Below, piece by piece: positions 1 through 14,109 of a DNA stretch of 64,000 nt. Each line of letters begins with the position of its first letter. The stretch's first letter is position 1. Below the pieces are notes generated by a model, which was not told the origin of the DNA, searched no databases, and worked only from the letters and a program-made list of their open reading frames with translations. A program made the translations under genes and the position numbers. Source of the stretch: Eutreptiella sp. 'Long Island Sound 2002' (lineage: Eukaryota > Protista > Euglenida); NCBI GenBank assembly GCA_964036045.1, contig OZ038378.1:146320001-146384000 (forward strand). Direction: 5' to 3'.

Positions 1-3000
1 AGCAAAACGAGATGTGACCATAACAAGGGAGGCAACATTGGAAGTAAGGTGTGTATTTTGTGATTTGGTTGTCCTCCTAGGGATCCACAAATCAAGCTCA
101 TAGCAGACAAAAGGTCTAGCCTTCCATGCGCACGGCGGGTCTCATAGGATGCCGAAGAACTACTATACCACTCTGTCCACGTAGCCATGCATGAAGCGGC
201 GGCAGCCATCCACGGAGCAATATTGGTCGTCGACACAATCTGCGACACGAAGTTTCGCCGTTGTAGGGATACGTATCGTTGTAGTTTGAACATATTTTTT
301 TGCTGGCTGAGGTGGCTAAGGCACGTAGCCACTTGCATCAATTTTGGCTAAACAAGCGCAATCCAAAGTTCGCATGTGTGCAAAGAAGAAAAGCAGCAAA
401 ACATGATGTGACCATATCAAGGGAGGCAGCATTGGAAGTAAGGCGTCTGTTTTGTGATGTTGTTGTCCTTTTAGGGATTCACAACTCAAGCTTAGAGCAG
501 AAAAAAGATCTAGCGTTCCATGCCCGCGGCGGGTTTGAGAGGATGACGAAGAACTACTATTCCACTCTGTCCACGCAACAATGCATGAAGCGGCGGCAAC
601 CATCACCGCAACAACATTGGTGGTCACCACAATCTCTGGCAGGAAGTTGTGCCGTTGTGTGGATACACACCGTTGCAGTTCGAACAAGTCTTCCTGCTGG
701 CTGAGGTGGCTAAGATCCCACAAGCATCAACATTGGCTAAACAAGCGCAAACCACAGTCCGCATGTGTGCAAAGAAGAAAAGCAGGAATGCAGGATGTGA
801 CCATAACAAGGGAGGCAGCATTGGAAGTAAGGCGTCTGTTTTGTGATGTTGTTGTCCTCTTAGGGATTCACAACTCGAGCCCGGAGTAGAAAAAAGGTCT
901 AGCCTTCCATGCCCGCGGTGGGTCTGAGAGGACGACGAAGAACTACTATACCACTCTGTCCACACAGCCATGCATGAAGCGGCGGCAGCCATCGACGCGG
1001 CAATATTCTTCGTCACCACAATATGTGGCAGGAAGTTGTTCTGTTGCGGGGATGCCTTGCAGTTCGAACATATTTTTACGTTGCTATCGCGTTCATCATA
1101 TGGTACAATGTAGTCGGCATAAATGGTGTCCACAAGTTGCTGCATGGTTGCATTTATTTGCCAATGAGCAGCAAAGTGGTGATACACTAATGTTGGTAAC
1201 TCGGAACACGTCCTTTTGTCAAGGCGACATCCTTTTGTTGACCCTCCCCCCCATATGGTTTGGATGAAATCTTGGAACCGTCCAGCTGCTGCGATGGCGG
1301 GCGTGGTTGTGAAATGTCTTTTATCATGGGATCCACATAATTTTGTATTAGCTCCTCTTCCTCCAGGCCCGAGGCCCCCTTGCCCGAATGCAAGGAGCCG
1401 CATTCCATTCTCCTCGATGTGTATGATCAGTTCGGGTCGGCTTTAGTAGGTCACAATAAGATACGTTGATTTGAGCAACACGAGGTGATTGGTGGCTCAG
1501 GTGGCTAAGATCCGAATAGCATCAATTCTGACAGAAGAAGCCTAAACCAAAGGCCGCATGTGTGCAAAGAAGAAAAGCAGCAAAACGAGATGTGACCATA
1601 ACAAGGGAGGCAACATTGGAAGTAAGGTGTGTATTTTGTGATTTGGTTGTCCTCCTAGGGATCCACAAATCAAGCTCATAGCAGACAAAAGGTCTAGCCT
1701 TCCATGCGCACGGCGGGTCTCATAGGATGCCGAAGAACTACTATACCACTCTGTCCACGTAGCCATGCATGAAGCGGCGGCAGCCATCCACGGAGCAATA
1801 TTGGTCGTCGACACAATCTGCGACACGAAGTTTCGCCGTTGTAGGGATACGTATCGTTGTAGTTTGAACATATTTTTTTGCTGGCTGAGGTGGCTAAGGC
1901 ACGTAGCCACTTGCATCAATTTTGGCTAAACAAGCGCAATCCAAAGTTCGCATGTGTGCAAAGAAGAAAAGCAGCAAAACATGATGTGACCATATCAAGG
2001 GAGGCAGCATTGGAAGTAAGGCGTCTGTTTTGTGATGTTGTTGTCCTTTTAGGGATTCACAACTCAAGCTTAGAGCAGAAAAAAGATCTAGCGTTCCATG
2101 CCCGCGGCGGGTTTGAGAGGATGACGAAGAACTACTATTCCACTCTGTCCACGCAACAATGCATGAAGCGGCGGCAACCATCACCGCAACAACATTGGTG
2201 GTCACCACAATCTCTGGCAGGAAGTTGTGCCGTTGTGTGGATACACACCGTTGCAGTTCGAACAAGTCTTCCTGCTGGCTGAGGTGGCTAAGATCCCACA
2301 AGCATCAACATTGGCTAAACAAGCGCAAACCACAGTCCGCATGTGTGCAAAGAAGAAAAGCAGGAATGCAGGATGTGACCATAACAAGGGAGGCAGCATT
2401 GGAAGTAAGGTGTCTGTTTTGTGATGTTGTTGTCCTCTTAGGGATTCACAACTCAAGCCCGGAGTAGAAAAAAGGTCTAGCCTTCCATGCCCGCGGTGGG
2501 TCTGAGAGGACACCGAAGAACTACTATACCACTCTGTCCACATAGCCATGCATGAAGCGGCGGCAGCCATCAACGCAACAATATTCTTCGTCGCCACAAT
2601 ATTTGGCACGAAGTTGTGCTGTTGCTGGGATGCGTTGCAGTTCGAACAGATTTTTACGTTGCTATCGCGTTCATCATATGGCACAATGTAGTCGGCATAA
2701 ATGGTGTCCACAAGTTGCTGCATGGTTGCATTTATTTGCCAATGAGCAGCAAAGTGGTGATACACTAATGTTGGTAACTCGGAACACGTCCTTTTGTCAA
2801 GGCGACATCCTTTTGTTGACCCTCCCCCCCATATGGTTTGGATGAAATCTTGGAACCGTCCAGCTGCTGCGATGGCGGGCGTGGTTGTGAAATGTCTTTT
2901 ATCATGGGATCCACATAATTTTGTATTAGCTCCCGTTCCTCTAGGCCCGAGGCCCCCTTGCCCGAATGCAAGGAGCCACATTCCATTCTCCTCGATGTGT

Positions 3001-6000
3001 ATGATCAGTTCGGGTCGGCTTTAGTAGGTCACAATAAGATACGTTGATTTGAGCAACACGAGGTGATTGGTGGCTGAGGTGGCTAAGATCCGAATAGCAT
3101 CAATTTTGACAGAAGAAGCCTAAACCAAAGGCCGCATGTGTGCAAAGAAGAAAAGCAGCAAAACGAGATGTGACCATAACAAGGGAGGCAACATTGGAAG
3201 TAAGGTGTGTATTTTGTGATTTGGTTGTCCTCCTAGGGATCCACAAATCAAGCTCATAGCAGACAAAAGGTCTAGCCTTCCATGCGCACGGCGGGTCTCA
3301 TAGGATGCCGAAGAACTACTATACCACTCTGTCCACGTAGCCATGCATGAAGCGGCGGCAGCCATCCACGGAGCAATATTGGTCGTTGACACAATCTGCG
3401 ACGCGGAGTTTCGCCGTTGTAGGGATACGTATCGTTGTAGTTTGAACATATTTTTTTGCTGGCTGAGGTGGCTAAGGCACGTAGCCACTTGCATCAATTT
3501 TGGCTAAACAAGCGCATTCCAAAGTCCGCATGTGTGCAAAGAAGAAAAGCAGCAAAACATGATGTGACCATATCAAGGGAGGCAGCATTGGAAGTAAGGC
3601 GTCTGTTTTGTGATGTTGTTGTCCTTTTAGGGATTCACAACTCAAGCTTAGAGCAGAAAAAAGATCTAGCCTTCCATGCCCGCGGCGGGTTTGAGAGGAT
3701 GACGAAGAACTACTATTCCACTCTGTCCACGCAACAATGCATGAAGCGGCGGCAACCATCACCGCAACAACATTGGTGGTCACCACAATCTCTGGCAGGA
3801 AGTTGTGCCGTTGTGTGGATACGCACCGTTGCAGTTCGAACAAGTCTTCCTGCTGGTTGAGGTGGCTAAGATCCCACTAGCATCAACATTGGCTAAACAA
3901 GCGCAAACCACAGTCCGCATGTGTGCAAAGAAGAAAAGCAGGAATGCAGGATGTGACCATAACAAGGGAGGCAGCATTGGAAGTAAGGTGTCTGTTTTGT
4001 GATGTTGTTGTCCTCTTAGGGATTCACAACTCAAGCCCGGAGTAGAAAAAAGGTCTAGCCTTCCATGCCCGCGGTGGGTCTGAGAGGACACCGAAGAACT
4101 ACTATACCACTCTGTCCACATAGCCATGCATGAAGCGGCGGCAGCCATCAACGCAACAATATTCTTCGTCGCCACAATATTTGGCACGAAGTTGTGCTGT
4201 TGCTGGGATGCGTTGCAGTTCGAACAGATTTTTACGTTGCTATCGCGTTCATCATATGGCACAATGTAGTCGGCATAAATGGTGTCCACAAGTTGCTGCA
4301 TGGTTGCATTTATTTGCCAATGAGCAGCAAAGTGGTGATACACTAATGTTGGTAACTCGGAACACGTCCTTTTGTCAAGGCGACATCCTTTTGTTGACCC
4401 TCCCCCCCATATGGTTTGGATGAAATCTTGGAACCGTCCAGCTGCTGCGATGGCGGGCGTGGTTGTGAAATGTCTTTTATCATGGGATCCACATAATTTT
4501 GTATTAGCTCCTCTTCCTCCAGGCCCGAGGCCCCCTTGCCCGAATGCAAGGAGCCACATTCCATTCTCCTCGATGTGTATGATCAGTTCGGGTCGGCTTT
4601 AGTAGGTCACAATAAGATACGTTGATTTGAGCAACACGAGGTGATTGGTGGCTGAGGTGGCTAAGATCCGAATAGCATCAATTTTGACAGAAGAAGCCTA
4701 AACCAAAGGCCGCATGTGTGCAAAGAAGAAAAGCAGCAAAACGAGATGTGACCATAACAAGGGAGGCAACATTGGAAGTAAGGTGTGTATTTTGTGATTT
4801 GGTTGTCCTCCTAGGGATCCACAAATCAAGCTCATAGCAGACAAAAGGTCTAGCCTTCCATGCGCACGGCGGGTCTCATAGGATGCCGAAGAACTACTAT
4901 ACCACTCTGTCCACGTAGCCATGCATGAAGCGGCGGCAGCCATCCACGGAGCAATATTGGTCGTTGACACAATCTGCGACACGGAGTTTCGCCGTTGTAG
5001 GGATACGTATCGTTGTAGTTTGAACATATTTTTTTGCTGGCTGAGGTGGCTAAGGCACGTAGCCACTTGCATCAATTTTGGCTAAACAAGCGCATTCCAA
5101 AGTCCGCATGTGTGCAAAGAAGAAAAGCAGCAAAACATGATGTGACCATATCAAGGGAGGCAGCATTGGAAGTAAGGCGTCTGTTTTGTGATGTTGTTGT
5201 CCTTTTAGGGATTCACAACTCAAGCTTAGAGCAGAAAAAAGATCTAGCGTTCCATGCCCGCGGCGGGTTTGAGAGGATGACGAAGAACTACTATTCCACT
5301 CTGTCCACGCAACAATGCATGAAGCGGCGGCAACCATCACCGCAACAACATTGGTGGTCACCACAATCTCTGGCAGGAAGTTATGCCGTTGTGTGGATAC
5401 GCACCGTTGCAGTTCGAACAAGTCTTCCTGCTGGCTGAGGTGGCTAAGATCCCACAAGCATCAACATTGGCTAAACAAGCGCAAACCACAGTCCGCATGT
5501 GTGCAAAGAAGAAAAGCAGGAATGCAGGATGTGACCATAACAAGGGAGGCAGCATTGGAAGTAAGGTGTCTGTTTTGTGATGTTGTTGTCCTCTTAGGGA
5601 TTCACAACTCGAGCCCGGAGTAGAAAAAAGGTCTAGCCTTCCATGCCCGCGGTGGGTCTGAGAGGACACCGAAGAACTACTATACCACTCTGTCCACATA
5701 GCCATGCATGAAGCGGCGGCAGCCATCAACGCAACAATATTCTTCGTCGCCACAATATTTGGCACGAAGTTGTGCTGTTGCTGGGATGCGTTGCAGTTCG
5801 AACAGATTTTTACGTTGCTATCGCGTTCATCATATGGCACAATGTAGTCGGCATAAATGGTGTCCACAAGTTGCTGCATGGTTGCATTTATTTGCCAATG
5901 AGCAGCAAAGTGGTGATACACTAATGTTGGTAACTCGGAACACGTCCTTTTGTCAAGGCGACATCCTTTTGTTGACCCTCCCCCCCATATGGTTTGGATG

Positions 6001-9000
6001 AAATCTTGGAACCGTCCAGCTGCTGCGATGGCGGGCGTGGTTGTGAAATGTCTTTTATCATGGGATCCACATAATTTTGTATTAGCTCCTCTTCCTCCAG
6101 GCCCGAGGCCCCCTTGCCCGAATGCAAGGAGCCGCATTCCATTCTCCTCGATGTGTATGATCAGTTCGGGTCGGCTTTAGTAGGTCACAATAAGATACGT
6201 TGATTTGAGCAACACGAGGTGATTGGTGGCTGAGGTGGCTAAGATCCGAATAGCATCAATTTTGACGGAAGAAGCCTAAACCAAAGGCCGCATGTGTGCA
6301 AAGAAGAAAAGCAGCAAAACGAGATGTGACCATAACAAGGGAGGCAACATTGGAAGTAAGGTGTGTATTTTGTGATTTGGTTGTCCTCCTAGGGATCCAC
6401 AAATCAAGCTCATAGCAGACAAAAGGTCTAGCCTTCCATGCGCACGGCGGGTCTCATAGGATGCCGAAGAACTACTATACCACTCTGTCCACGTAGCCAT
6501 GCATGAAGCGGCGGCAGCCATCCACGGAGCAATATTGGTCGTCGACACAATCTGCGACACGAAGTTTCGCCGTTGTAGGGATACGTATCGTTGTAGTTTG
6601 AACATATTTTTTTGCTGGCTGAGGTGGCTAAGGCACGTAGCCACTTGCATCAATTTTGGCTAAACAAGCGCAATCCAAAGTCCGCATGTGTGCAAAGAAG
6701 AAAAGCAGCAAAACATGATGTGACCATAACAAGGGAGGCAGCATTGGAAGTAAGGCGTCTGTTTGGTGATGTTGTTGTCCTTTTAGGGATTCACAACTCA
6801 AGCTTAGAGCAGAAAAAAGGTCGAGCGTTCCATGCCCGCGGCGGGTCTGAGAGGATGACGAAGAACTACTATTCCACTCTATCCACGCGGCCATGCATGA
6901 AGCGGCGGCAACCATCACCGCAGCAATATTGTTCGTCACCACAATCTCTGGCAGGAAGTTGTGCCGTTGTGTGGATACGTACCGTTGCAGTTCGAACAAG
7001 TCTTCCTGCTGGCTGAGGTGGCTAAGATCCCACTAGCATCAACATTGGCAAAACAAGCGCAAACCACAGTCCGCATGTGTGCAAAGAAGAAAAGCAGGAA
7101 TGCAGGATGTGACCATAACAAGGGAGGCAGCATTGGTAGTAAGGCGTCTGTTTTGTGATGTTGTTGTCCTCTTAGGGATTCACAACTCGAGCCCGGAGTA
7201 GAAAAAAGGTCTAGCCTTCCATGCCTGCGGTGGGTCTGAGAGGACAACGAAGAACTACTATACCACTCTGTCCACACAGCCATGCATGAAGCGGCGGCAG
7301 CCATCGACGCGGCAATATTGTTCGTCGCTACAATATGTGGCAGGAAGTTTTTCTGTTGCTGGGATGCGTTGCAGTTCGAACAGATTTTTACGTTGCTATC
7401 GCGTTCATCATATGGCACAATGTAGTCGGCATAAATGGTGTCCACAAGTTGCTGCATGGTTGCATTTATTTGCCAATGAGCAGCAAAGCGGTGATACACT
7501 AATGTTGGTAACTCGGAACACGTCCTTTTGTCAAGGCGACATCCTTTTGTTGACCCTCCCCCCCATATGGTTTGGATGAAATCTTGGAACCGTCCAGCTG
7601 CTGCGATGGCGGGCGTGGTTGTGAAATGTCTTTTATCATGGGATCCACATAATTTTGTATTAGCTCCTCTTCCTCCAGGCCCGAGGCCCCCTTGCCCGAA
7701 TGCAAGGAGCCGCATTCCATTCTCCTGGATGTGTATGATCAGTTCGGGTCGGCTTTAGTAGGTCACAATAAGATACGTTGATTTGAGCAACACGAGGTGA
7801 TTGGTGGCTCAGGTGGCTAAGATCCGAATAGCATCAATTTTGACAGAAGAAGCCTAAACCAAAGGCCGCATGTGTGCAAAGAAGAAAAGCAGCAAAACGA
7901 GATGTGACCATAACAAGGGAGGCAACATTGGAAGTAAGGTGTGTATTTTGTGATTTGGTTGTCCTCCTAGGGATCCACAAATCAAGCTCATAGCAGACAA
8001 AAGGTCTAGCCTTCCATGCGCACGGCGGGTCTCATAGGATGCCGAAGAACTACTATACCACCCTGTCCACGTAGCCATGCATGAAGCGGCGGCAGCCATC
8101 CACGGAGCAATATAGGTCGTCGACACAATCTGCGACACGAAGTTTCGCCGTTGTAGGGATACGTATCGTTGTAGTTTGAACATATTTTTTTGCTGGCTGT
8201 GGTGGCTAAGGCACGTAGCCACTTGCATCAATTTTGGCTAAACAAGCGCAATCCAAAGTCTGCATGTGTGCAAAGAAGAAAAGCAGCAAAACATGATGTG
8301 ACCATAACAAGGGAGGCAGCATTGGAAGTAAGGCGTCTGTTTGGTGATGTTGTTGTCCTTTTAGGGATTCACAACTCAAGCTTAGAGCAGAAAAAAGGTC
8401 GAGCGTTCCATGCCCGCGGCGGGTCTGAGAGGATGACGAAGAACTACTATTCCACTCTATCCACGCGGCCATGCATGAAGCGGCGGCAACCATCACCGCA
8501 GCAATATTGTTCGTCACCACAATCTCTGGCAGGAAGTTGTGCCGTTGTGTGGATACGTACCGTTGCAGTTCGAACAAGTCTTCCTGCTGGCTCAGGTGGC
8601 TAAGATCCCACTAGCATCAACATTGGCAAAACAAGCGCAAACCACAGTCCGCATGTGTGCAAAGAAGAAAAGCAGGAATGCAGGATGTGACCAAAACAAG
8701 GGAGGCAGCATTGGAAGTAAGGTGTCTGTTTTGTGATGTTGTTGTCCTCTTAGGGATTCACAACTCAAGCCCGGAGTAGAAAAAAGGTCTAGCCTTCCAT
8801 GCCCGCGGTGGGTCTGAGAGGACGACGAAGAACTACTATACCACTCTGTCCACATAGCCATGCATGAAGCGGCGGCAGCCATCGACGCAACAATGTTGTT
8901 CGTCCTCACAATATGTGGCAGGAAGTTGTTCTGTTGCGAGGATGCTTTGCAGTTCGAACAGATTTTTACGTTGCTATCGCGTTCATCATATGGCACAATG

Positions 9001-10697
9001 TAGTTGGCATAAATGGTGTCCACAAGTTGCTGCATGGTTGCATTCATTTGCCAATGAGCAGCAAAGTGGTGATACACTAATGTTGGTAACTCGGAACACG
9101 TCCTTTTGTCAAGGCGACATCCTTTTGTTGACCCTCTCCCCCCATATGGTTTGGATGAAATCTTGGAACCGTCCAGCTGCTGCGATGGCGGGCGTGGTTG
9201 TGAAATGTCTTTTATCATGGGATCCACATAATTTTGTATTAGCTCCCGTTCCTCTAGGCCCGAGCCCCCCTTGCCCGAATGCAAGGAGCCGCATTCCATT
9301 CTCCTCGATGTGTATGATCAGTTCGGGTCGGCTTTAGTAGGTCACAATAAGATACGTTGATTTGAGCAACACGAGGTGATTGGTGGCTGAGGTGGCTAAG
9401 ATCCGAATAGCATCAATTTTGGCAGAGGAAGCGCAAACCAAAGGCCGCATGTGTGCAAAGAAGAAAAGCAGCAAAACGAGATGTGACCATAACAAGGGAG
9501 GCAACATTGGGAGTAAGGCGTGTATTTTGTGATATGGTTCTTCTCCTAGGGATTCACAAATCAAGCTCATAGTAGACAAAAGGTCTAGCCTTCCATGCGC
9601 ACGGCGCGTCTCATAGGATGCCGAAGAACTACTATACCACTCCGTCCACGTAGCCATGCATGAAACGGCGGCAGCCATCCACGGGGCAATATAGGTCGTC
9701 GACACAATGTGCGACACAAAGTTTGTCCGTTGTGGGCATACGTATCGTTGTAGTTTAAACATATTTTTTTGTTGGCTGAGGTGGCTAAGGCACGTAGCCA
9801 TTGGCATCAATTTTGGCTAAACAAGCGCAGCCCAAAGTCCGCATGTGTGCAAAGAAGAAAAGCAGCAAAACATGATGTGACCATAACAAGGGAGGCGGCA
9901 TTGGAAGTAAGGCGTCTGTTTTGTGATGTTGTTGTCCTCTTAGGGATTCACAACTCAAGCTTAGAGCGGAAGAAAGGTCCAGCGTTCGATGCCCGCGGCG
10001 GGTCTGAGAGGACACCGAAGAACTACTATACCACTCTTTCCACGCGGCCATGCATGAAGCGGCAACAAACATTGACGCGGCAATATTCTTCGTCACAACA
10101 ATCTCCGGCACGAAGTTGTGCCGTTGTGTGGATACGTACCGTTGCGGTTTGAACAAGTCTTCCTGCTGGCTGAGGTGGCTAAGATCCCACTAGCATCAAC
10201 ATTGGCAAAACAAGCGCAAACCGAAGTCCGCATGTGTGCAAAGAAGAAAAGCAGGAATGCAGGATGTGACCATAACAAGGGAGGCAGCATTGGTAGTAAG
10301 GCGTCTGTTTTGTGATGTTGTTGTCCTCTTAGGGATTCACAACTCAAGCCCGGAGTAGAAAAAAGGTCTAGCCTTCCATGCCCGCGGTGGGTCTGAGAGG
10401 ACGACGAAGAACTACTATACCACTCTGTCCACACAGCCATGCATGAAGCGGCGGCAGCCATCGACGCGGCAATATTGTTCGTCGCCACAATATGTGGCAG
10501 GAAGTTGTTCTGTTGCGGGGATGCCTTGCAGTTCGAACAAATTTTTACGTTGCTATCGCGTTCATCATATGGCACAATGTAGTCGGCATAAATGGTGTCC
10601 ACAAGTTGCTGCATGGTTGCATTTGTTTGCCAATGAGCAGCAAAGTGGTGATACACTAATGTTGGTAACTCGGAACACGTCCTTTTGTCAAGGCGAC
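1..10697. repeat. Higher-order tandem repeat (satellite), 1578-bp unit, ~6.8 copies, truncated by window start
   Basis: Anchor (t/g)ctggctg(a/t)ggtggctaaggcacg recurs at 300, 1878, 3456, 5034, 6612, 8190, 9769 (period 1578, last 1579). Each unit has three related ~389-394-bp monomers starting ggct(g/c)aggtggctaag (305, 699, 1494) plus a ~400-bp unrelated spacer (~1088-1493). The array ends abruptly at ~10697. Confidence 0.97.
1075..1475 (-). pseudogene. pogo/DDE_1 (Tc1-mariner superfamily) transposase-like fragment forming the spacer of each satellite unit (first copy given)
   Basis: Minus frame reads PELIIHIEENGMRLLAFG...GSHDKRHFTTTPAIAAAGRFQDFIQTIWGGGSTKGC...HHFAAHWQINATMQQLVDTIYADYIVPY. 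This is colinear with DDE_1 motifs P-ELxxNxDQTG / G-DKRQxT / QxIyxGKT-C / NHWsn-TM-Y-II-PY. Recognised by eye. Confidence 0.55.
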
Positions 10698-12465
10698 AAG
10701 GCCAAAGAACCGGTCAACCTCTAGAGTATGCCTACGATACCAAGTTGCCTTGTACAGCACATGGTCAAGTTATCCTTGGCTCTTTAACGTATTGAATGGA
10801 GAGGCGTCAGCCAATTACTTGCTGCACTTTTGTCTACATGGAGGGTTACCCCAACACCATTGCAGTCATCATATGTACAATGTAGTAGCCGGAATGCGGG
10901 AGAGCATGGGAAGGCCATACCGCCTATATTGATTTCAACAAGGCTTCCACTTTTGTGCCCTTCAAAGCCTCCTGAAAACACTACAGGGGTAAGGCTCCCC
11001 ATCACGGCGTATATAGTCACTTCACAGGCGGGATGAGCACCCATACAATCAACCGATGGGGGGGGGGGGGGGTTAAAGATACAGCAAGACATGCGGAGGC
11101 GAGGCGTGCGATAAGGGTGCCCCCTCAACTCCTTGTTGGACAGATAAATCCATCCACATACAGTCTACAAGTACCTAGGCGTATATTTATAAATGTTAGA
11201 CCAAGGCCCCAAGGTCTGCAACTTTGTAAAGTCCAAACGTCGTTCTCTTTAGCAAACTTTGAACCCGATAGGCCCGTCGGGCACATAGCTCGTGATGCTC
11301 TAACACCGTCAACAAACGACATTAGCTTACAGACTCATGGCTAGCACCTTCACCGACCCACAATTGCAGTCCATCGAGCATGGTATATTTTGCTTCAATA
11401 CGCAAAACCGCCTTGCTACTCATCACCGGCCAAAACAAACAATTGAGTCGCAAAAAAAGTGCCCTTGGCCCCTAGCCCTTCCAAATTTGTATGCCGTCGC
11501 ACTTCTTTCATTGTTCCGCTTGCTATCTGTGCTCTTTTGGGCCCATTCAATATAATTACAAGCCTTCCACCGCCCGCAAGTCCCATAAAGCGAACTGCCT
11601 TCAAAATGACTACTTGCACTACATCTACGCCCTCGGAGGGAGATGTAACAGGTTTGCAGAGTGGAACGCATGCCCTAAGAAGAAGCTTCAGCCCCAGTAA
11701 ACCGTCTAGCTTGATTTTTCAGCGAGCACGTATAGCTGCTAGTTTCTGCCCTATGGGAAAGCGGGACTCATTGGATTGAAAACAAATTGCTTCATCTCAA
11801 GGACTCACTGCAAACTTTTGTCACGCATTCATCGTCAAGAGAAGAACCACTTGGCCCCACTCCTCAGCAGCATCTCATTTTTGCCCTGCGCCTGCTCCAA
11901 ATCAAGCTTCGCCTCCCCACATATCCCTTCCCCACCCTTTCAAAGTATGTGGAACACAATCAATACGGTTACCTCGAGATGTACCCTAGTGTGCTGACTG
12001 TAGGTAATGGAGTTGCGGTCCTCACGTTGCCATATCCTCGTGGAGGTTGTTCATCACCTGGACTCCCCCAACTCGTTTTGGGGATACGTCGATGGGTCAT
12101 GGACTAACCCAAACGCAGGCTCTGAACTTATGATTTGGCCAAACGGTACCACCCTAGGCCTAGCCAACCCCTACCCATACCCATCCAGCAAAGAGTCTAA
12201 GGTGTGAGCCTTTGATCAGGCCACAGGATGTTTTCAATGGATTAGCCTTAAAGGCGCGGTCTTCTTCTATATTGATACTGCGCAAGCAGTCCAAAACGGA
12301 AACTAGTACCTTGCTAGGTCGACCTCACCCCGGCGATCCACGAACATACACGCCACAATGGCAAACAGTTAGTTATGATTAGCGTGGCGAAGTCGGCTTT
12401 GCGAATAAGCATGTTGGATAAAGTCCAATGTAGACGTTGCGCGCAACCAATTGGTTGATGCCTGC

Positions 12466-12940
12466 AGGGATCCCCAAAAGGGGGCAAAAGCGGAAGTGGC
12501 TACCTCACCTCTACCTTGTCGGGGGCCCAAAGGAGGGCGGAATGGCTACGTAACCCCTGCTTTCTCGGGGGTCCCCAATAGAGGGGACAAAATAAGAAAT
12601 GGCTACCTCACCCCTTCCTCGTCGCCGGCCCCGAGGAGGGCGAAATTGCTACGTAACCCCTGCGTTCTCGGGGGTCCCCAAAAGAGGAGACAAAATCAGA
12701 ATTAGCTACCTCACCCTGCCTTGTCGGGGGCCCAAAGGAGGGCAGAAGGGCTACGTAACCCCTGCGTTCTCGGGGGTCCCCAAAAGAGGGGATAAAGTGA
12801 GAAGGGGCTACCTCACCCATGCCTTGTCGGAGGCCCACAGGAGGGCAAATTGCTATGTTACCCCTGCATTCTCGCGGGTCCCCACACTGGGGGACAAAAT
12901 CACAAGTGGCTACATCACCCATGCCTTCTCAAGGCCCGAT
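12466..12940. repeat. Tandem repeat, ~102-bp unit, ~4.5 copies
   Basis: gcta(c/t)gt(a/t)acccctgc recurs at 12545, 12648, 12750, 12852; ggggtcccca..agaggggacaaaa in each unit. Confidence 0.9.
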
Positions 12941-14109
12941 ATCCCCAAGCCAAGGGGCCTCAAAGGCCCCAACTCTAGAGGCCCCCAGAAACATTGGATG
13001 TGCAGGCCCCAAAGAATGTCATTTGGAAAAATTTGTCATGAATGGTGTGCTTGCGTTAGAAAGCACCCTTCAACCCTCTAAAGCAAACGATTTTTAGAAA
13101 GGGGGCGGGGGTTCCACAATCCCCCACGCAATCAGAATTCCGAGTACCCCCCACCCCCCGCTTCCCACAATGAAAAAAACCCATGAATTTGTGTGTGCCA
13201 GGGTTGATCTAACGGGGCGTGTTAGGTTCCCTGCTACCATGAGGTATGTGCCTCATCATGGTTTAAGGAGGTATCAGGTTGATGAGGGCTCACGAGGTTT
13301 GGCCCAAGCAGGCAAAGGGAAGCACTCTGATGCAGCTTAACCAATAGGAGAATAAGAAGTGCAAAGGGGTTGGGGACAATTAGAAAAATTTCTATTCGGG
13401 GATCACCAGCGGGATGAGTGCCGAAGTGAATTGAACAAGGCCTGGTGTAGTGCAACACAAATTGAAAGGGTTTGAAGCGAACATACCAACTGGGACAAAA
13501 TGGTAAGAAAACAATGCTTGAGTGGTAGTCGGTCTATTAACGGACATCAAGTGTAAAGAACACAAAGGTTGTAGTTGTCATGTGAAGAGTTGTGTGAACA
13601 TATTTTGTTCACACAAGCACAAATGCAAGCGTCCAAATCACCTTCCGACCAACGCAAAAGCCGTACTATGGCCACACAACATGGACAAATACTGCAGGAG
13701 CGTCCAAAGATTTCTCGCACGCGTTGTGGGAAGGTAGCAAAGCTCGGTGGAGTTGGGCCCGATACCTACGGCTTGTTTCTTTTGCTTGAGTGGCGTCCGG
13801 GGTTGTTCGACCTCTTCCACTTGTTGATGGAGGCTTTTGAGCAGCCGCCGGCGGTCCCTGATCGCAGTCAATCTAATGCAAGGCTCAACAGTGACACGGG
13901 GTGTCTAAGAAACTATGCACTTGTGTGCGCCTACGCAACCCACTTCCTCATAGTTGCTTGCAAAACAAGGGACAGATGCTTACGCCCCACCCTTTAGTGC
14001 CAAAAGGCACTCCATGATCCTTGTCATGCTACACGGGGAAGAGCCGGGGATAGCGGTACATTCCCAAAACGAGTAGCGGGCGACCCCCAATGGCTGCACA
14101 CGGGCCGCC

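Noticed and set aside
300-889. Plus-strand satellite ORFs with a histone-fold-like phrase (DVTITREAALEVRRLF)
   Set aside because: The frame has stops in the other monomers, the 394-bp monomer does not preserve frame, and the similarity is too short.
1-10697. CRISPR-like array or tandem ncRNA (SL/5S/snoRNA) cluster
   Set aside because: No unique spacers between short repeats, and no SL, 5S or box C/D pattern recognised in the unit.
11423-11671. Zinc-ribbon-like YGTCGRWKACNYIEW
   Set aside because: Isolated motif in a short ORF with no supporting context.
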